Part shown: positions 36,499 to 46,259 of the stretch, piece by piece
Layout of the letters: each line of letters opens with the position of its first letter
Position numbering within the stretch: position 1 is the first letter of the stretch
Virus record (IMG/VR): IMGVR_UViG_3300049982_000332
Span: 916-64,915 of that record
From: a virus
Lineage: Duplodnaviria > Caudoviricetes
DNA length: 64,000 nucleotides
Strand: one strand, 5' to 3'
Notes under the pieces: generated by a model
Told to the model about the DNA's origin: nothing
Database searches by the model: none
The model's input: the letters and a program-made list of their open reading frames with translations, nothing else
Program-made: the position numbers and the translations under genes

Positions 36499-37467
36499 AT
36501 GCCGCACACGTATCCACCGGCCGCTCCCACCATCAGCGGCGACACGATTACGATCAGCCGGTTCCTCAACAGCCCGGCTGCTGTGCAGCGGCGGCTGCGC
36601 ACCCTGACCGAGAACCGGTTCATCGCCGACGTTCTGCTGTCGGGCCGCTTCCAGGTCAGCGGCGGCAGCATCCTGTACGAACAGTCCGAGTCGATCTACA
36701 CCAGCAAGGCGCCGGAAGCGGTCGCCCCGGGCACCGAGTACCCCATGTCGACGGCCACCCCTGGTACGGCGGCGCTGGCCGCGGTCACCAAGTGGGGCCA
36801 GGACGTGCCGGTCACCGACGAGCATGTCGGCCGGTACGGGGGCCGCGCCGTCGAGATCGCCCTCATCAAGATCGCCAACAACATCATCAAGCAGGTCGAC
36901 AGTGTCGCTCTGGCGACGATCGCCGCGGCGGTCACCCAGACCCGCGCCGCCGGTTCCCCCGGCGGTGTCGGCACGGCGCGCGCCTGGTCGGTCATCACCA
37001 ACGACCCGGCCACCTCATCGGCGCCGCTGATGGACCTGATGGGCGCGGCGGCCGAGATCCGGGCGCTGGACCAGGGCTATGAGCCTGACATCGCGGTCAT
37101 GAACGACATGAGCCTGGCGCGGGTGGTCGGCAACGCCGCCATCATCGCCGGTCTGCCCCGCGAGGACCGCAACAGTGTCACCGCTGCCGGTCTGGCCGCG
37201 TTCCGGGAGATCGCCGGGCTGATGCCGTTGCCGACCAACAACCTGCCGGTCTCCTCCACGGTGTTCGTGCTGGACTCCACGATGCTGGGCGGGCTCGGTT
37301 ACGAGCGCATCCCCAGCCCGGAGTACCAGGGCGACCCTGCCAACGGCGTGGAGTCGTTCTCTCGGCGCGACCCGGCCGCCACCGACAAGTGGCTCATCCG
37401 TGGTCGCCGCCCGGTGGTGCCGATCGTGCAGGAGCCCGGCGCAGGCTTCAAGATCACGGGGGTGTGA
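36499..37467 (+). CDS. Major capsid protein
   Basis: 322 aa; position; HK97-like features. Confidence 0.85.
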   Translation: MPHTYPPAAPTISGDTITISRFLNSPAAVQRRLRTLTENRFIADVLLSGRFQVSGGSILYEQSESIYTSKAPEAVAPGTEYPMSTATPGTAALAAVTKWGQDVPVTDEHVGRYGGRAVEIALIKIANNIIKQVDSVALATIAAAVTQTRAAGSPGGVGTARAWSVITNDPATSSAPLMDLMGAAAEIRALDQGYEPDIAVMNDMSLARVVGNAAIIAGLPREDRNSVTAAGLAAFREIAGLMPLPTNNLPVSSTVFVLDSTMLGGLGYERIPSPEYQGDPANGVESFSRRDPAATDKWLIRGRRPVVPIVQEPGAGFKITGV

Positions 37468-37469
37468 CG

Positions 37470-37835
37470 GTGGAACACCAGGTCGTATGGGCCAAATGCT
37501 CCGTCACCAACCCGGAGAACGACCAGGAGAAGATCCTGCTCAAGGGGGACATGCTCCCCGACTGGGTCACCGAGTTCACCAAGTTCGTGCTCACCACCTC
37601 CGGCGCCGTCAAGGTCGTAGAGGACCGCGACCCGGCCCTCGTGCCGGAGGACGCCGGCCCTGAGCCGGTGCGCCTGGCCGAGCATGCTCCGCCGCCGGTT
37701 CCGCAGGTCAACTACCGCTCCTCCAAGGCCGAGCTCGTCGACCACGGCGTCGCCAAGGGCGGCAGCCGTACAGAGCTGGAGGCGCTCAACATCAAGGAAC
37801 TGCAGGCCAAGTACGTCAAGGCCGAGCAGTCGTAG
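37470..37835 (+). CDS. Small protein with C-terminal helical (Rho-N/HeH-like) motif
   Basis: SSKAELVDHGVAKG..RTELEALNIKEL. Confidence 0.6.
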   Translation: MEHQVVWAKCSVTNPENDQEKILLKGDMLPDWVTEFTKFVLTTSGAVKVVEDRDPALVPEDAGPEPVRLAEHAPPPVPQVNYRSSKAELVDHGVAKGGSRTELEALNIKELQAKYVKAEQS

Positions 37836-37839
37836 TCGT

Positions 37840-37878
37840 GGCCCGGCCCGGGGGTGCCCCCGACACCCCGGCCGGGCC
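37840..37878 (+). terminator. GC-rich hairpin after capsid genes
   Basis: GGCCCGGC...GGGGTG / CACCCC...GCCGGGCC. Confidence 0.6.
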
Positions 37879-37903
37879 GCTCACAACCGCATAGGGAGGG
37901 CCG

Positions 37904-38353
37904 GTGGCCACCGTCTCCTGGGAGCCGTCGCTGGAGCAGGTGGCGGACATCATCCCGACCCGCACCAGAGATCCATCTACCCCCGGCTCGGACGTGATGC
38001 TCGGCACGTTCACCGCGGCCACGACGCCATCGGGTGAGCAGGCTTCCCGGAAGATCCGGGCGGCCGTGTCCGAGGTGCTGTCCGCCGTCGTAGGCGTCAT
38101 CCCTGCCGTCCCCACGTATCTGGCCGAGTTCGCCTCGGAGGCCGCCGCGTTGCGTGCTGCCGCCGACATCGAACTGGCTTACCCGCAGCGCGACGCCGAC
38201 GTGTCGGTGTACGAGCAGCTCAACCAGCGCGCCAACGATGCCCTGACCCGGCTGATCGGCGCGGTGGACGACGTCGGCTCGGGCCCGGAGGGGTCTCTGC
38301 TGCCCGCGTACGCGTTCCCTGAGCCCGGCTGGCCGGGCGACTACCCGATCTGA
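37904..38353 (+). CDS. Head-to-tail adaptor
   Basis: Position; P...VADIIPTRT...AAADIELAYP. Confidence 0.7.
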   Translation: MATVSWEPSLEQVADIIPTRTRDPSTPGSDVMLGTFTAATTPSGEQASRKIRAAVSEVLSAVVGVIPAVPTYLAEFASEAAALRAAADIELAYPQRDADVSVYEQLNQRANDALTRLIGAVDDVGSGPEGSLLPAYAFPEPGWPGDYPI

Positions 38354-38364
38354 GGGAGGACGCC

Positions 38365-38826
38365 GTGGCCATCGGCAGCGGCGGCAGAGGATTCCGCCTC
38401 GACTTCGACGAACGCGAACTGGACCACCTGCTGCACGCCCCCGACGGGGCGGTCGGCCGGAAGATGGCCCGCATCGGCGAGGTCGTCACCCAAGGCGCGA
38501 AACGCCGGGCCCCCGTGTCCAAACGCGGATCCGGCGGGCGGCCGTCGGGCTATCTCCGCTCGAAAATCGGGTGGGAGATGCACCGCGACGCCCTCGGGCT
38601 GTACGTGGACATCGCCTCCCCGGCCCGCACCGTGCACGGCGAACCGATCGGACTCTTCGCTGAGGTGGGTACGCAGCCGCACACCATCCGCCCGAAAAAT
38701 CCGAACGGGTGGCTCCGCTGGACCGGCCCGGATGGGAAGGTCCACTTCGCCAAGGTGGTGCACCACCCCGGAACCCGAGCACAACCCCATCTCAGGCCAG
38801 CCCTCGATGACATCCGAGGCGCTTAG
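38365..38826 (+). CDS. HK97 gp10-like tail completion protein
   Basis: AKRRAPV...GYLRSKI...EVGT...HPGTRAQPHLRPAL. Confidence 0.8.
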   Translation: MAIGSGGRGFRLDFDERELDHLLHAPDGAVGRKMARIGEVVTQGAKRRAPVSKRGSGGRPSGYLRSKIGWEMHRDALGLYVDIASPARTVHGEPIGLFAEVGTQPHTIRPKNPNGWLRWTGPDGKVHFAKVVHHPGTRAQPHLRPALDDIRGA

Positions 38827-39449
38827 CGGCGCGCGGCCCTGTCCTGTCGACAGGTCCTGCACTGTCGGCGCAGGGTGGCGTCGTCCTTCGACCGCCGAAC
38901 CCAGTACGTGTTCTCCTCGGTCCACGGGTGGCCGTTCTTGCAAGTGGGACGGTCGGCGCGGAGAGGTGCGTCGACCGGGACGCCATTGGCGGCGCGCCAA
39001 CGCTCACGGTCGCAGGCTCGGCATTCGCGCCCTTCGGCGCCGTATCCGTTGTACGTCTTCGTACGGCGGGTGTTGGTTTCGTCGTACGGGTGCCCCCGGG
39101 GACAGTGGGTCCTCGCTCCATTCACCAGGCTCACGTCACCGCGTGCGATGTTCTGCGCGTTGCTCACGTCTTCAAGGTGCGCCGCTGCCCCGCAGCGACG
39201 GACACGGCAGAGATGGTCGGTGACCCCTACAGGGGGTGAGCCGCGAGCGATTTCGTAGGCAACCCGGTGCACCTTTCGGTTGTTGCGGATGGAACTGTCC
39301 CAGATGACGCCGTACCCGTCGGCGTCAATGGCGCCACTCCATAGCAGGCAGGGGCCGATGATCGGCCTCCCGAGACGGTCTTCCGTAGTGGGCGGCTCAG
39401 CCTCCACCAACTTGGCGAAGAGCCGCTTTGCGACGGTTGGTCCAAGCAC
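38823..39449 (-). CDS. Free-standing HNH homing endonuclease, antisense to tail operon
   Basis: CLLWSGA..DGYG...VHRVAYE...DHLCRVRRC..AAHLEDVSNAQN plus two C(P/K)(R/N)GHP..E.NT repeats. Confidence 0.85.
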   Translation of the reverse strand: MLGPTVAKRLFAKLVEAEPPTTEDRLGRPIIGPCLLWSGAIDADGYGVIWDSSIRNNRKVHRVAYEIARGSPPVGVTDHLCRVRRCGAAAHLEDVSNAQNIARGDVSLVNGARTHCPRGHPYDETNTRRTKTYNGYGAEGRECRACDRERWRAANGVPVDAPLRADRPTCKNGHPWTEENTYWVRRSKDDATLRRQCRTCRQDRAARR

Positions 39450-39478
39450 CGTATGAATTTAACAGGAGTTGGGAACTG

Positions 39479-39895
39479 ATGCCCGCTGTTCCTGCTATCG
39501 CGGCTGTCGTCGCCTGGGTCAACAGCCGCACCGACCTGATCGGCAAGGGCAACCCGATCGCCCTCGGCGCGTTCCGCCGTAGCCACCGCCCCCGTTCCCC
39601 CGGCCAAGGCGCCTACCTGCTGCTCTCCCAGGTCGGCGGATCCCCGGATCTGCTGGCCGAGGGGGGCGCGAGCAGGGCGCGCATCTCCGCATCTGTGTAC
39701 GCCGGCACCGAAGAGGCCGCCGAAGCCGCAGCGGTCGCCTACGCCGGCGCGGTGGAGGCGCTGACAGGCGAGCCGGTGCAGATGGGCGCGGTCGCCCGCT
39801 GCCTGGTCGCCGACAACATCACGGGCCCGCTGCAGGTGGACGCCCCTGACGAGCACCTGTTTCTCGTAGACGCCGACTTCTATCTCACGACGTAA
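39479..39895 (+). CDS. Tail terminator-like protein
   Basis: Position; ARISASVYAGT pattern. Confidence 0.65.
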   Translation: MPAVPAIAAVVAWVNSRTDLIGKGNPIALGAFRRSHRPRSPGQGAYLLLSQVGGSPDLLAEGGASRARISASVYAGTEEAAEAAAVAYAGAVEALTGEPVQMGAVARCLVADNITGPLQVDAPDEHLFLVDADFYLTT

Positions 39896-39904
39896 GGACA
39901 CCTC

Positions 39905-40231
39905 ATGGCGGCACTCACGACGCAGGTCGTCTCGGCCAGCGGCATCGCCCCCACGTATACGCAGGTCGCGGCGGCGGACACTTTTTCGCCGGGTGATCAC
40001 GTTTTTCTGCACATCAAGAACGGCGGCGGGTCGCCCACCACGGCGACCATCACCACGCCGGGCACGGTGGACGGTCTCGCGATCGCCGACCTTCCGGTGA
40101 CGGTCCCGGCGGCCGGAGAGCGGATGATCGGCCCGCTGCCCGCGCGGACGTTCGCCAAGTCCGACGGGCAGGCCGACCTGGTGTGTTCGCCGACGACCAC
40201 GGTCACGGTCGCCGTGCTGAGGGTGGGCTGA
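39905..40231 (+). CDS. Small structural protein
   Basis: AAGGA SD; beta-rich. Confidence 0.65.
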   Translation: MAALTTQVVSASGIAPTYTQVAAADTFSPGDHVFLHIKNGGGSPTTATITTPGTVDGLAIADLPVTVPAAGERMIGPLPARTFAKSDGQADLVCSPTTTVTVAVLRVG

Positions 40232-40233
40232 TC

Positions 40234-40491
40234 ATGGCGACGCGCAGGCAGGACCAGAAGCCGGCCGAGAAGACCCCCCCGGCGTACTACATCGCCGACC
40301 AGGCGCTTTTCATCGACTACGTCAGGGCCCACAACCCGGGCGACCAGGTGCCGGTCGACCACGTCGAGAAGTACGGGTGGGCCGATCTGGTTCACGACCC
40401 CAACCCGCCCGCGACCGGCGAGCAGGACAAGAAGACCAAGCCTGAGACCGCCGAAGGCCAGGCCAGCACCCAGAAGGAAGGGGACGCCTGA
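40234..40491 (+). CDS. Hypothetical protein
   Basis: In operon; coupled to tail tube gene. Confidence 0.6.
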   Translation: MATRRQDQKPAEKTPPAYYIADQALFIDYVRAHNPGDQVPVDHVEKYGWADLVHDPNPPATGEQDKKTKPETAEGQASTQKEGDA

Positions 40492-41048
40492 TGCCTCGCG
40501 GAAACGCCGGAGGGCTCTCGCTCGGCCCGGGATACCTGTACATCGCCGTGCTCGGCACCACCGAACCGACCGACCTCGCCACAGCGTGGGCGACGGTCAG
40601 CGCGTCCTGGATCCAGTTGGGTTACACCGACGACGGATCCGAGTTCACCTACGACATCTCCTCCGACAAGGTGGAGGTCGCCGAAGAGCTCGACCCGATC
40701 CGGGTCGCGCTCACCGCTCGCGACCCCAAGTTGGCGTTCGACCTGGCCGAGGTGACCGCCAGCAACCTGAAGAGGGCGCTCAACGGTGGCACCATAACCT
40801 CGGGCACGGGCATCGTGACGTTCGAACCCCCAGACCTGGGGTCCGAGGTGCGGACGATGATCGGGTTCGAGTCGGAGGACCACACCGAACGCTGGGTGTA
40901 CCGGCAGTGCCTGCAGACCGGCGGGCTCGGCATGGCCCGCAAGAAGGGCGCCGACAAGACCACGATCGCGTGCGAGTTCTCCCTGGAGAAGCCGGCGTCG
41001 GGCCTGCCCATCTTCAAGGCGATCTTCGCGTCGCCGGCCCGAGGCTAG
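40491..41048 (+). CDS. Major tail (tube) protein
   Basis: W.QLGYTDDGSEF...VAEELDPI pattern. Confidence 0.85.
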   Translation: MPRGNAGGLSLGPGYLYIAVLGTTEPTDLATAWATVSASWIQLGYTDDGSEFTYDISSDKVEVAEELDPIRVALTARDPKLAFDLAEVTASNLKRALNGGTITSGTGIVTFEPPDLGSEVRTMIGFESEDHTERWVYRQCLQTGGLGMARKKGADKTTIACEFSLEKPASGLPIFKAIFASPARG

Positions 41049-41056
41049 GGGTAGCG

Positions 41057-41521
41057 ATGACACGCAAGTACACATCCAAGAAACGTGCCGCCACCGGAGA
41101 GGTCCCCACCTTCGAGCTGGACGGGGTGACATTCGAGTGCCCGGGACGGCCCAACGCGCTGGACCTGGCGGAGCTCGCACGGCTGGCCGAGCAGGGCGCC
41201 GATTCCGTCGACCCCGAAGCGCTCGCCGCGATCGCCGACTTCATGACCTCGGTGATGGGCAAGCGGGAGTATGCCCGGTTCCGCACACACTGCCGCACCC
41301 ATGAGACCGACGAGGAAACCATGATGGGGATCCTCGCGGGCATCGTGGAGGACATGTCGGCACGCCCTACGCCGCGGCCGTCCAGCTTGCCGGATGGGCC
41401 GCCGAACACGCCGGGTACCTCGACGGTCGTCTCGTTCTCGCGGGGCACCGTGCAGACGGTCGACCTGCCGGACCGGGACAGCCAGTCGACACCGACAGAG
41501 GGGCTAGTTTCCTACGGCTGA
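41057..41521 (+). CDS. Tail assembly chaperone (G)
   Basis: Lies between tube and tape measure; C-terminal RPT motif. Confidence 0.8.
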   Translation: MTRKYTSKKRAATGEVPTFELDGVTFECPGRPNALDLAELARLAEQGADSVDPEALAAIADFMTSVMGKREYARFRTHCRTHETDEETMMGILAGIVEDMSARPTPRPSSLPDGPPNTPGTSTVVSFSRGTVQTVDLPDRDSQSTPTEGLVSYG

Positions 41522-41745
41522 CGGACCTGCCGCTGGCTGACGCGCTCGACTTCACTCACGCTCTGCTGGTTGAACGCCGTGACACCACGCTCGCCAACGC
41601 CGCGGCGTTCGCCCTGGCCGGAGTCAAGGACGTCAACCCCGACTCGCTGGACGAGGTCGCGGAGGCGTTCGCCGAAACCGGCCCCCACCAGTCCAAGCGT
41701 GACAGGCAAGCCGAGATCGACGCGTTCCTCGCCATATCCACATAG
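41305..41745 (+). CDS. Frameshift extension of tail assembly chaperone (GT, -1 frame; not in ORF track)
   Basis: -1 frame open 41305-41745 with no ATG start: PYAAAVQLAGWAAEHAGYLDGRL...LTDLPLADALDFTHALL. Confidence 0.7.
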   Translation, partial: DRRGNHDGDPRGHRGGHVGTPYAAAVQLAGWAAEHAGYLDGRLVLAGHRADGRPAGPGQPVDTDRGASFLRLTDLPLADALDFTHALLVERRDTTLANAAAFALAGVKDVNPDSLDEVAEAFAETGPHQSKRDRQAEIDAFLAIST

Positions 41746-41757
41746 GTAGCGCGGGGG

Positions 41758-44700
41758 GTGTCCATGGCCCCCCTGGCCGAGGCGTTCGTCCGCGTCCGCG
41801 CAGACACCACCGGCGTCCGCGACGACGTGCGCAACGAGTTCGGCCGGTCCGGAGGCGACGCGGGCGACGAGTTCAGCACCCGCTTCTCCAAGGACGCGGA
41901 AAGTCGTATCCGCTCCGAGCGCGGCCGGTTCACAGCCGAAGGCCGAAACCTCGGGGAAGGCCTCGGCGACGGCGCCGGGAACGGCATGGCGGAGACGCTC
42001 CGCCGTAGCCTGCCCAGTCTCCTGGCCGGGCTGACCCCCAGTTTCCGCACCATGTCGCTCACCCTGTTCTCGGGGCTCACCTCCGGCGCGGCATCGGCGG
42101 CATCCGGGCTCGGCACCCTGGCTGTGACCATGGGGTCGCTGGCCACCAGCGCCGTGCTGACGGCCGCGAAACTGTCGCTTCTGGCCGGCGCCGCGGCCAC
42201 TGCGGCCATGCAAGCAGGCCAGCTCGTGGTGGCTCTTGCCCCAGCTGCGGGCGCCCTGGCCGCGCTGCCCGGCGGGGTGCTGCTCGGCGCCGCCGCGCTG
42301 GGCACCCTCAAGCTGGCGCTGAACGGCGTCGGCGACGCCTTCGCCGCCGCCATTTCCGGCGACATGGACAAGTTCCTGGCGGCCGCCGCCGGGCTGGGCC
42401 CCGCGGCCTCCAACGTGGCCTACGAGCTTTTCCAGATGTCCGGGGCTTTTCAGGGCCTCAAGTTCGCCGCTCAGGACGCCCTGTTCGGGCCGCTGGTCGG
42501 ACAAATGTGGTCGCTGCTGCCCGTTCTCAACGCCCTGACCGACGGGGTGGAGAGTGTGGCCGGCCAGTTCGGCCAGGCCGCGCTGAAGGTCCTGGAGTTC
42601 GCCCGGTCATCGGAGTCGATCTGGGCCATCCGCAGCGTGTTCACCTCCCTGCACGACGCGGTGGCCGCCTTCACCCCCGCCCTGACGCCCCTGCTCAACG
42701 GCTTCAGAGACCTCGGCGTGGTCGGCGCCGGGTGGCTGGCCGACCTGGCGCCCGGGATCGCCGCGGTGGCCCAGCGGTTCGGCCTGTTCATGTACAACGC
42801 CGCCGCTTCCGGCAAGGCGCTGGAGTGGATGGACAACGCGCTGGCGGTGTTCAAGCAGCTCGGGTCGATCGTCGGCGATCTCGGCGGCATCCTCAAGTCG
42901 GTCTTCACCGCCATGCAGACCTCGGGCGCGAGCGCGCTCGGCGTCATAGGCCAGCTGCTCGACGGGATGAACCAGTTCCTCAAGTCGGCGCAAGGCCAGT
43001 CGACGCTGGTCGCGGTGTTCACCGCGCTCAGCGCCATCGCCAAATCGTTCCTGCCCGTGATCACAGCCGTCGTCGGCGTCGTCGCCCAACTCGCCCCCGT
43101 CGTCGCACAGCTGGCTCAAATGGTCGGCCCGGTGCTCACCGCGGCGATCACCGCGCTCGGTCCTGCCGTCGCGGCGATCGGCCCGGGGATGATCGCGGTG
43201 TTCGCCGGCATCGGCGACGCGGTCAAGGCCCTGGCGCCCGCTCTGCAGCCGCTCGGCCAGACCATCGGTTCGGCGTTCGCGACGCTGAGGCCGCTGATCG
43301 CCGCCATCGGCCCGGCCATCGCCGCACTCATGCCCGGATTGCAGGCGTTCATCGGTGCCGTGGCCACGGGTTTCGCGTCGCTCGCACCGGCTCTGCTGCC
43401 TGTGGGGCAGGCCATAGGGCAGACGTTCGCCGCTCTGGCGCCCATCTTCGGCCCCATCGGTCGGGCCATCGCAGGCGTGGTGACCGCCGTGGCGCCGCTG
43501 CTGCCCGTGCTCGGCCAGCTGGTCGCGCTCATCGCCACGAGCCTCGCGTCCGGCGTGACCGCGATCCTGCCGTCGCTCCAGGTGATGGTCCGCGTCTTCG
43601 GCGAAATTCTGCAGTCCCTGTCCCCGCTGCTGCCGGTGATCGTTCAACTGGCGACGGTGATCGCCTCCAGCCTCGCCGCCGGGATGCAAGCCCTGCTCGG
43701 CCCCGTCCAGGTCCTGGTCGGCGGGCTGGCCTCGATGCTCACCGCGCTCACGCCGATCATCCCGCTGCTGATCGGCTTGGCCACGACGCTCATCAACGCC
43801 CTGGTGCCGGCGCTGGCTCCGTTGCTGCCGCAGATCGCCACGCTGGTCACCCAGCTGATTCAGGGCCTGGTCCCGGCGATCACACCGCTGATCCCGATCA
43901 TCACGCAGATCGCCGGGATCATCGCGCAAAACTTCGTGACCGGCCTCGCGTTGCTGGTGCAGGCCGTCGTGCCGCTGCTGCCGATGCTGTCGGAGCTCGC
44001 GCAAACCATCGGGTTGGCGCTGGTGAAGTACCTGCAGGAGCTCTCGCCGCTGCTGCCCGGCCTGATCGGCGCGTTCCTGTCGCTGATCACAGCGCTCACG
44101 CCGATCCTGCCGGTGGTGGGTGAGCTCGTGAGAGCGCTGCTGCCGGTCATGGCCGAGTGGATCAAGGTGTTGGCGCCGGCCGTGGTCCAGCTGGCAGGCG
44201 CCGCCGTCCAGCTCATCACCGCGATGACGCCGATGCTGCCGATGGTCGCCGAGCTGATCAGGCTGTGGTCGCCGGTCCAGGTCATGTTCGTGAAACTCGT
44301 CGGCGTGATCCTCGGGGTGGTCATCCCGGCCATCACGACCTTCGCCGCCGACATCTCCGACAAGATCCACACCATTGTCGGCTGGTTCCAATGGCTGTAC
44401 GACATGCTGATCGGGCACTCGATCATCCCGGATCTGGTCAACGGGATCACCCGGTGGCTGTCGGACCTGCCCGCCAAGTTCGCCGAATGGTTCGGCAAGG
44501 CCAAAGACTGGGCGGTGCAGAAGTTCAACGAGCTCGTCGACTGGGTGAGAGGCGTCCCCAACCAGATCGTTACGGCGCTCGGTGGCCTCGGGGACACCCT
44601 GGTCACCGCTGGGAAGAACCTGATCACCGGCCTGTGGAACGGCGTGGTGAGCATGTGGCAGTGGTTCAAGGACCAGATCTACAGCTTCTTCTCCGGGATC

Positions 44701-45075
44701 ATGCCCGACTGGGTGAAGCAGGCCCTCGGCATTTCCTCCCCGTCGAAGGTGTTCGCGGCACTCGGCCGCCAGTTGCCCGCCGGTCTGGCCATGGGCATGG
44801 ACGGCGCACAGGGCTTGGTGAAGGCGGCGGCCGAGCGGATGGCCGGCGCCGCAGCCAAGTTCGCCGTGCCGTCGCTATCCCCATCCCTGACGGTAGGCGG
44901 CCAAACGCTCGCCGGGTCGGCCGCCGCAGCCGGCGGCACGTCTGGGGTGACCATCCAGGGTGACCTGGTGGTCCCCATCACCGGCGTCCTGGACTTCACC
45001 AAACCCGACGCGATCCGCGCCCTCATGGTCCGCCTCCGCGAGGAGCTCGCCAACCTGGAGCGTGAGTACGCGTGA
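41758..45075 (+). CDS. Tape measure protein
   Basis: 1105 aa; LAEAFVRVRAD N-terminus; amphipathic repeats. Confidence 0.95.
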   Translation: MSMAPLAEAFVRVRADTTGVRDDVRNEFGRSGGDAGDEFSTRFSKDAESRIRSERGRFTAEGRNLGEGLGDGAGNGMAETLRRSLPSLLAGLTPSFRTMSLTLFSGLTSGAASAASGLGTLAVTMGSLATSAVLTAAKLSLLAGAAATAAMQAGQLVVALAPAAGALAALPGGVLLGAAALGTLKLALNGVGDAFAAAISGDMDKFLAAAAGLGPAASNVAYELFQMSGAFQGLKFAAQDALFGPLVGQMWSLLPVLNALTDGVESVAGQFGQAALKVLEFARSSESIWAIRSVFTSLHDAVAAFTPALTPLLNGFRDLGVVGAGWLADLAPGIAAVAQRFGLFMYNAAASGKALEWMDNALAVFKQLGSIVGDLGGILKSVFTAMQTSGASALGVIGQLLDGMNQFLKSAQGQSTLVAVFTALSAIAKSFLPVITAVVGVVAQLAPVVAQLAQMVGPVLTAAITALGPAVAAIGPGMIAVFAGIGDAVKALAPALQPLGQTIGSAFATLRPLIAAIGPAIAALMPGLQAFIGAVATGFASLAPALLPVGQAIGQTFAALAPIFGPIGRAIAGVVTAVAPLLPVLGQLVALIATSLASGVTAILPSLQVMVRVFGEILQSLSPLLPVIVQLATVIASSLAAGMQALLGPVQVLVGGLASMLTALTPIIPLLIGLATTLINALVPALAPLLPQIATLVTQLIQGLVPAITPLIPIITQIAGIIAQNFVTGLALLVQAVVPLLPMLSELAQTIGLALVKYLQELSPLLPGLIGAFLSLITALTPILPVVGELVRALLPVMAEWIKVLAPAVVQLAGAAVQLITAMTPMLPMVAELIRLWSPVQVMFVKLVGVILGVVIPAITTFAADISDKIHTIVGWFQWLYDMLIGHSIIPDLVNGITRWLSDLPAKFAEWFGKAKDWAVQKFNELVDWVRGVPNQIVTALGGLGDTLVTAGKNLITGLWNGVVSMWQWFKDQIYSFFSGIMPDWVKQALGISSPSKVFAALGRQLPAGLAMGMDGAQGLVKAAAERMAGAAAKFAVPSLSPSLTVGGQTLAGSAAAAGGTSGVTIQGDLVVPITGVLDFTKPDAIRALMVRLREELANLEREYA

Positions 45076-46259
45076 CGATGAGCGACCTCACCATTGGACG
45101 GCTGCTGCTGCGGGAAACCTTCCGGCTGTCGGAATCGGCCGGAGACGCGCGGACCCTTGCGCTGCAGGGCCGCGAAGTCGCCCCGCTGATCACTCGCGCC
45201 CAGGTGGTGGACCGGCACGAGAACCTGCTGGGCCTGACCGGATCCCTGGTGCAAGCCGTGTGGACGGAGAAGCCGGAACGCAACGGCTACTACACGATCA
45301 CCTCGGCGACCAGTGATTACACCGACCGGCGCGGCGACCCGGTGTGGGCGGATTGGAAAATGGATCTGCTCAAACACGGCACCGACACCGAGGTTGACCT
45401 GGAGTCCCGTCTGACCGGTGCGGTGCGCGTCAACGACTTCACCCTGACAGGGGAGCGGTGGCACGCCCCGCCGATCGGCCACTACGCCTACCACACCGGG
45501 TCCACCCTGCCGACGACGATGACCCGCACCGGCGCCGACGGGGCGATGACCGTGTACCGGGGCGTGCCGGCCGGGGTGTCGCCACGGTGGGGGTGCGCGG
45601 TCGCCAACTACATGAAGGGCCGCTCCCGCGTCCTGTCTGCCACGGTTGAACGGGTGGGCACCGGCTACACGGTGAACGCGGCCAACTGGGAGATCTCCAA
45701 CGCCCTGGTGCGTGTGCGCCCCCTCGCCTCGGGCGGCACCTTGGAAATCTCCGCCTACACCGGCGGGGCGTGGCGCCCCAAGAACTGGTGGATCGACTTC
45801 GGCGGCACCCAGATCGCGGCGTTCGACACGGTCACGATCCTGCGCAACGACCCCGAGCAGTGCGCGCTCCGGTTGACCGAGACCCGGTCCCCGGTGGGCC
45901 GGATCACCCTGGATTTGACGCTGCGGCGCGGTTCACGCTTCGTGGAGGGCTACCTGCAGCGTGGCGACTCCGGGACGCTCAGCGCGTATCTGGGCACCGC
46001 GGAGGCGTACACCAACAACACCTCCTACCTGGTGAAGACAGCAGACGACGCAGACGGCAACCGGTTCACCGCCGGGTCGGCCCGCACGTTCACCGCGCAC
46101 GCCAACGGCGGGGTCACCAAGGCGTCGGTGACGGCACTGGACTTCTTCGTAGGCGTGACCGCGGGCGGCGGGTCGGCGGTGTCGGGGGACCAGGCGGTGA
46201 ACCTTCGCGACCAGTACGTGGCGGCGATGCCCGAGACGACGGCCGCGGTGAGACGCTGA
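45072..46259 (+). CDS. Minor tail protein (distal tail-like)
   Basis: GTGA coupling after tape measure. Confidence 0.75.
   Translation: MTMSDLTIGRLLLRETFRLSESAGDARTLALQGREVAPLITRAQVVDRHENLLGLTGSLVQAVWTEKPERNGYYTITSATSDYTDRRGDPVWADWKMDLLKHGTDTEVDLESRLTGAVRVNDFTLTGERWHAPPIGHYAYHTGSTLPTTMTRTGADGAMTVYRGVPAGVSPRWGCAVANYMKGRSRVLSATVERVGTGYTVNAANWEISNALVRVRPLASGGTLEISAYTGGAWRPKNWWIDFGGTQIAAFDTVTILRNDPEQCALRLTETRSPVGRITLDLTLRRGSRFVEGYLQRGDSGTLSAYLGTAEAYTNNTSYLVKTADDADGNRFTAGSARTFTAHANGGVTKASVTALDFFVGVTAGGGSAVSGDQAVNLRDQYVAAMPETTAAVRR

Noticed and set aside
45770-46258. N-terminal extension of the 1056-aa tail ORF
   Set aside because: Overlaps the preceding tail gene out of frame; the TGATG-coupled start at 46259 is more plausible
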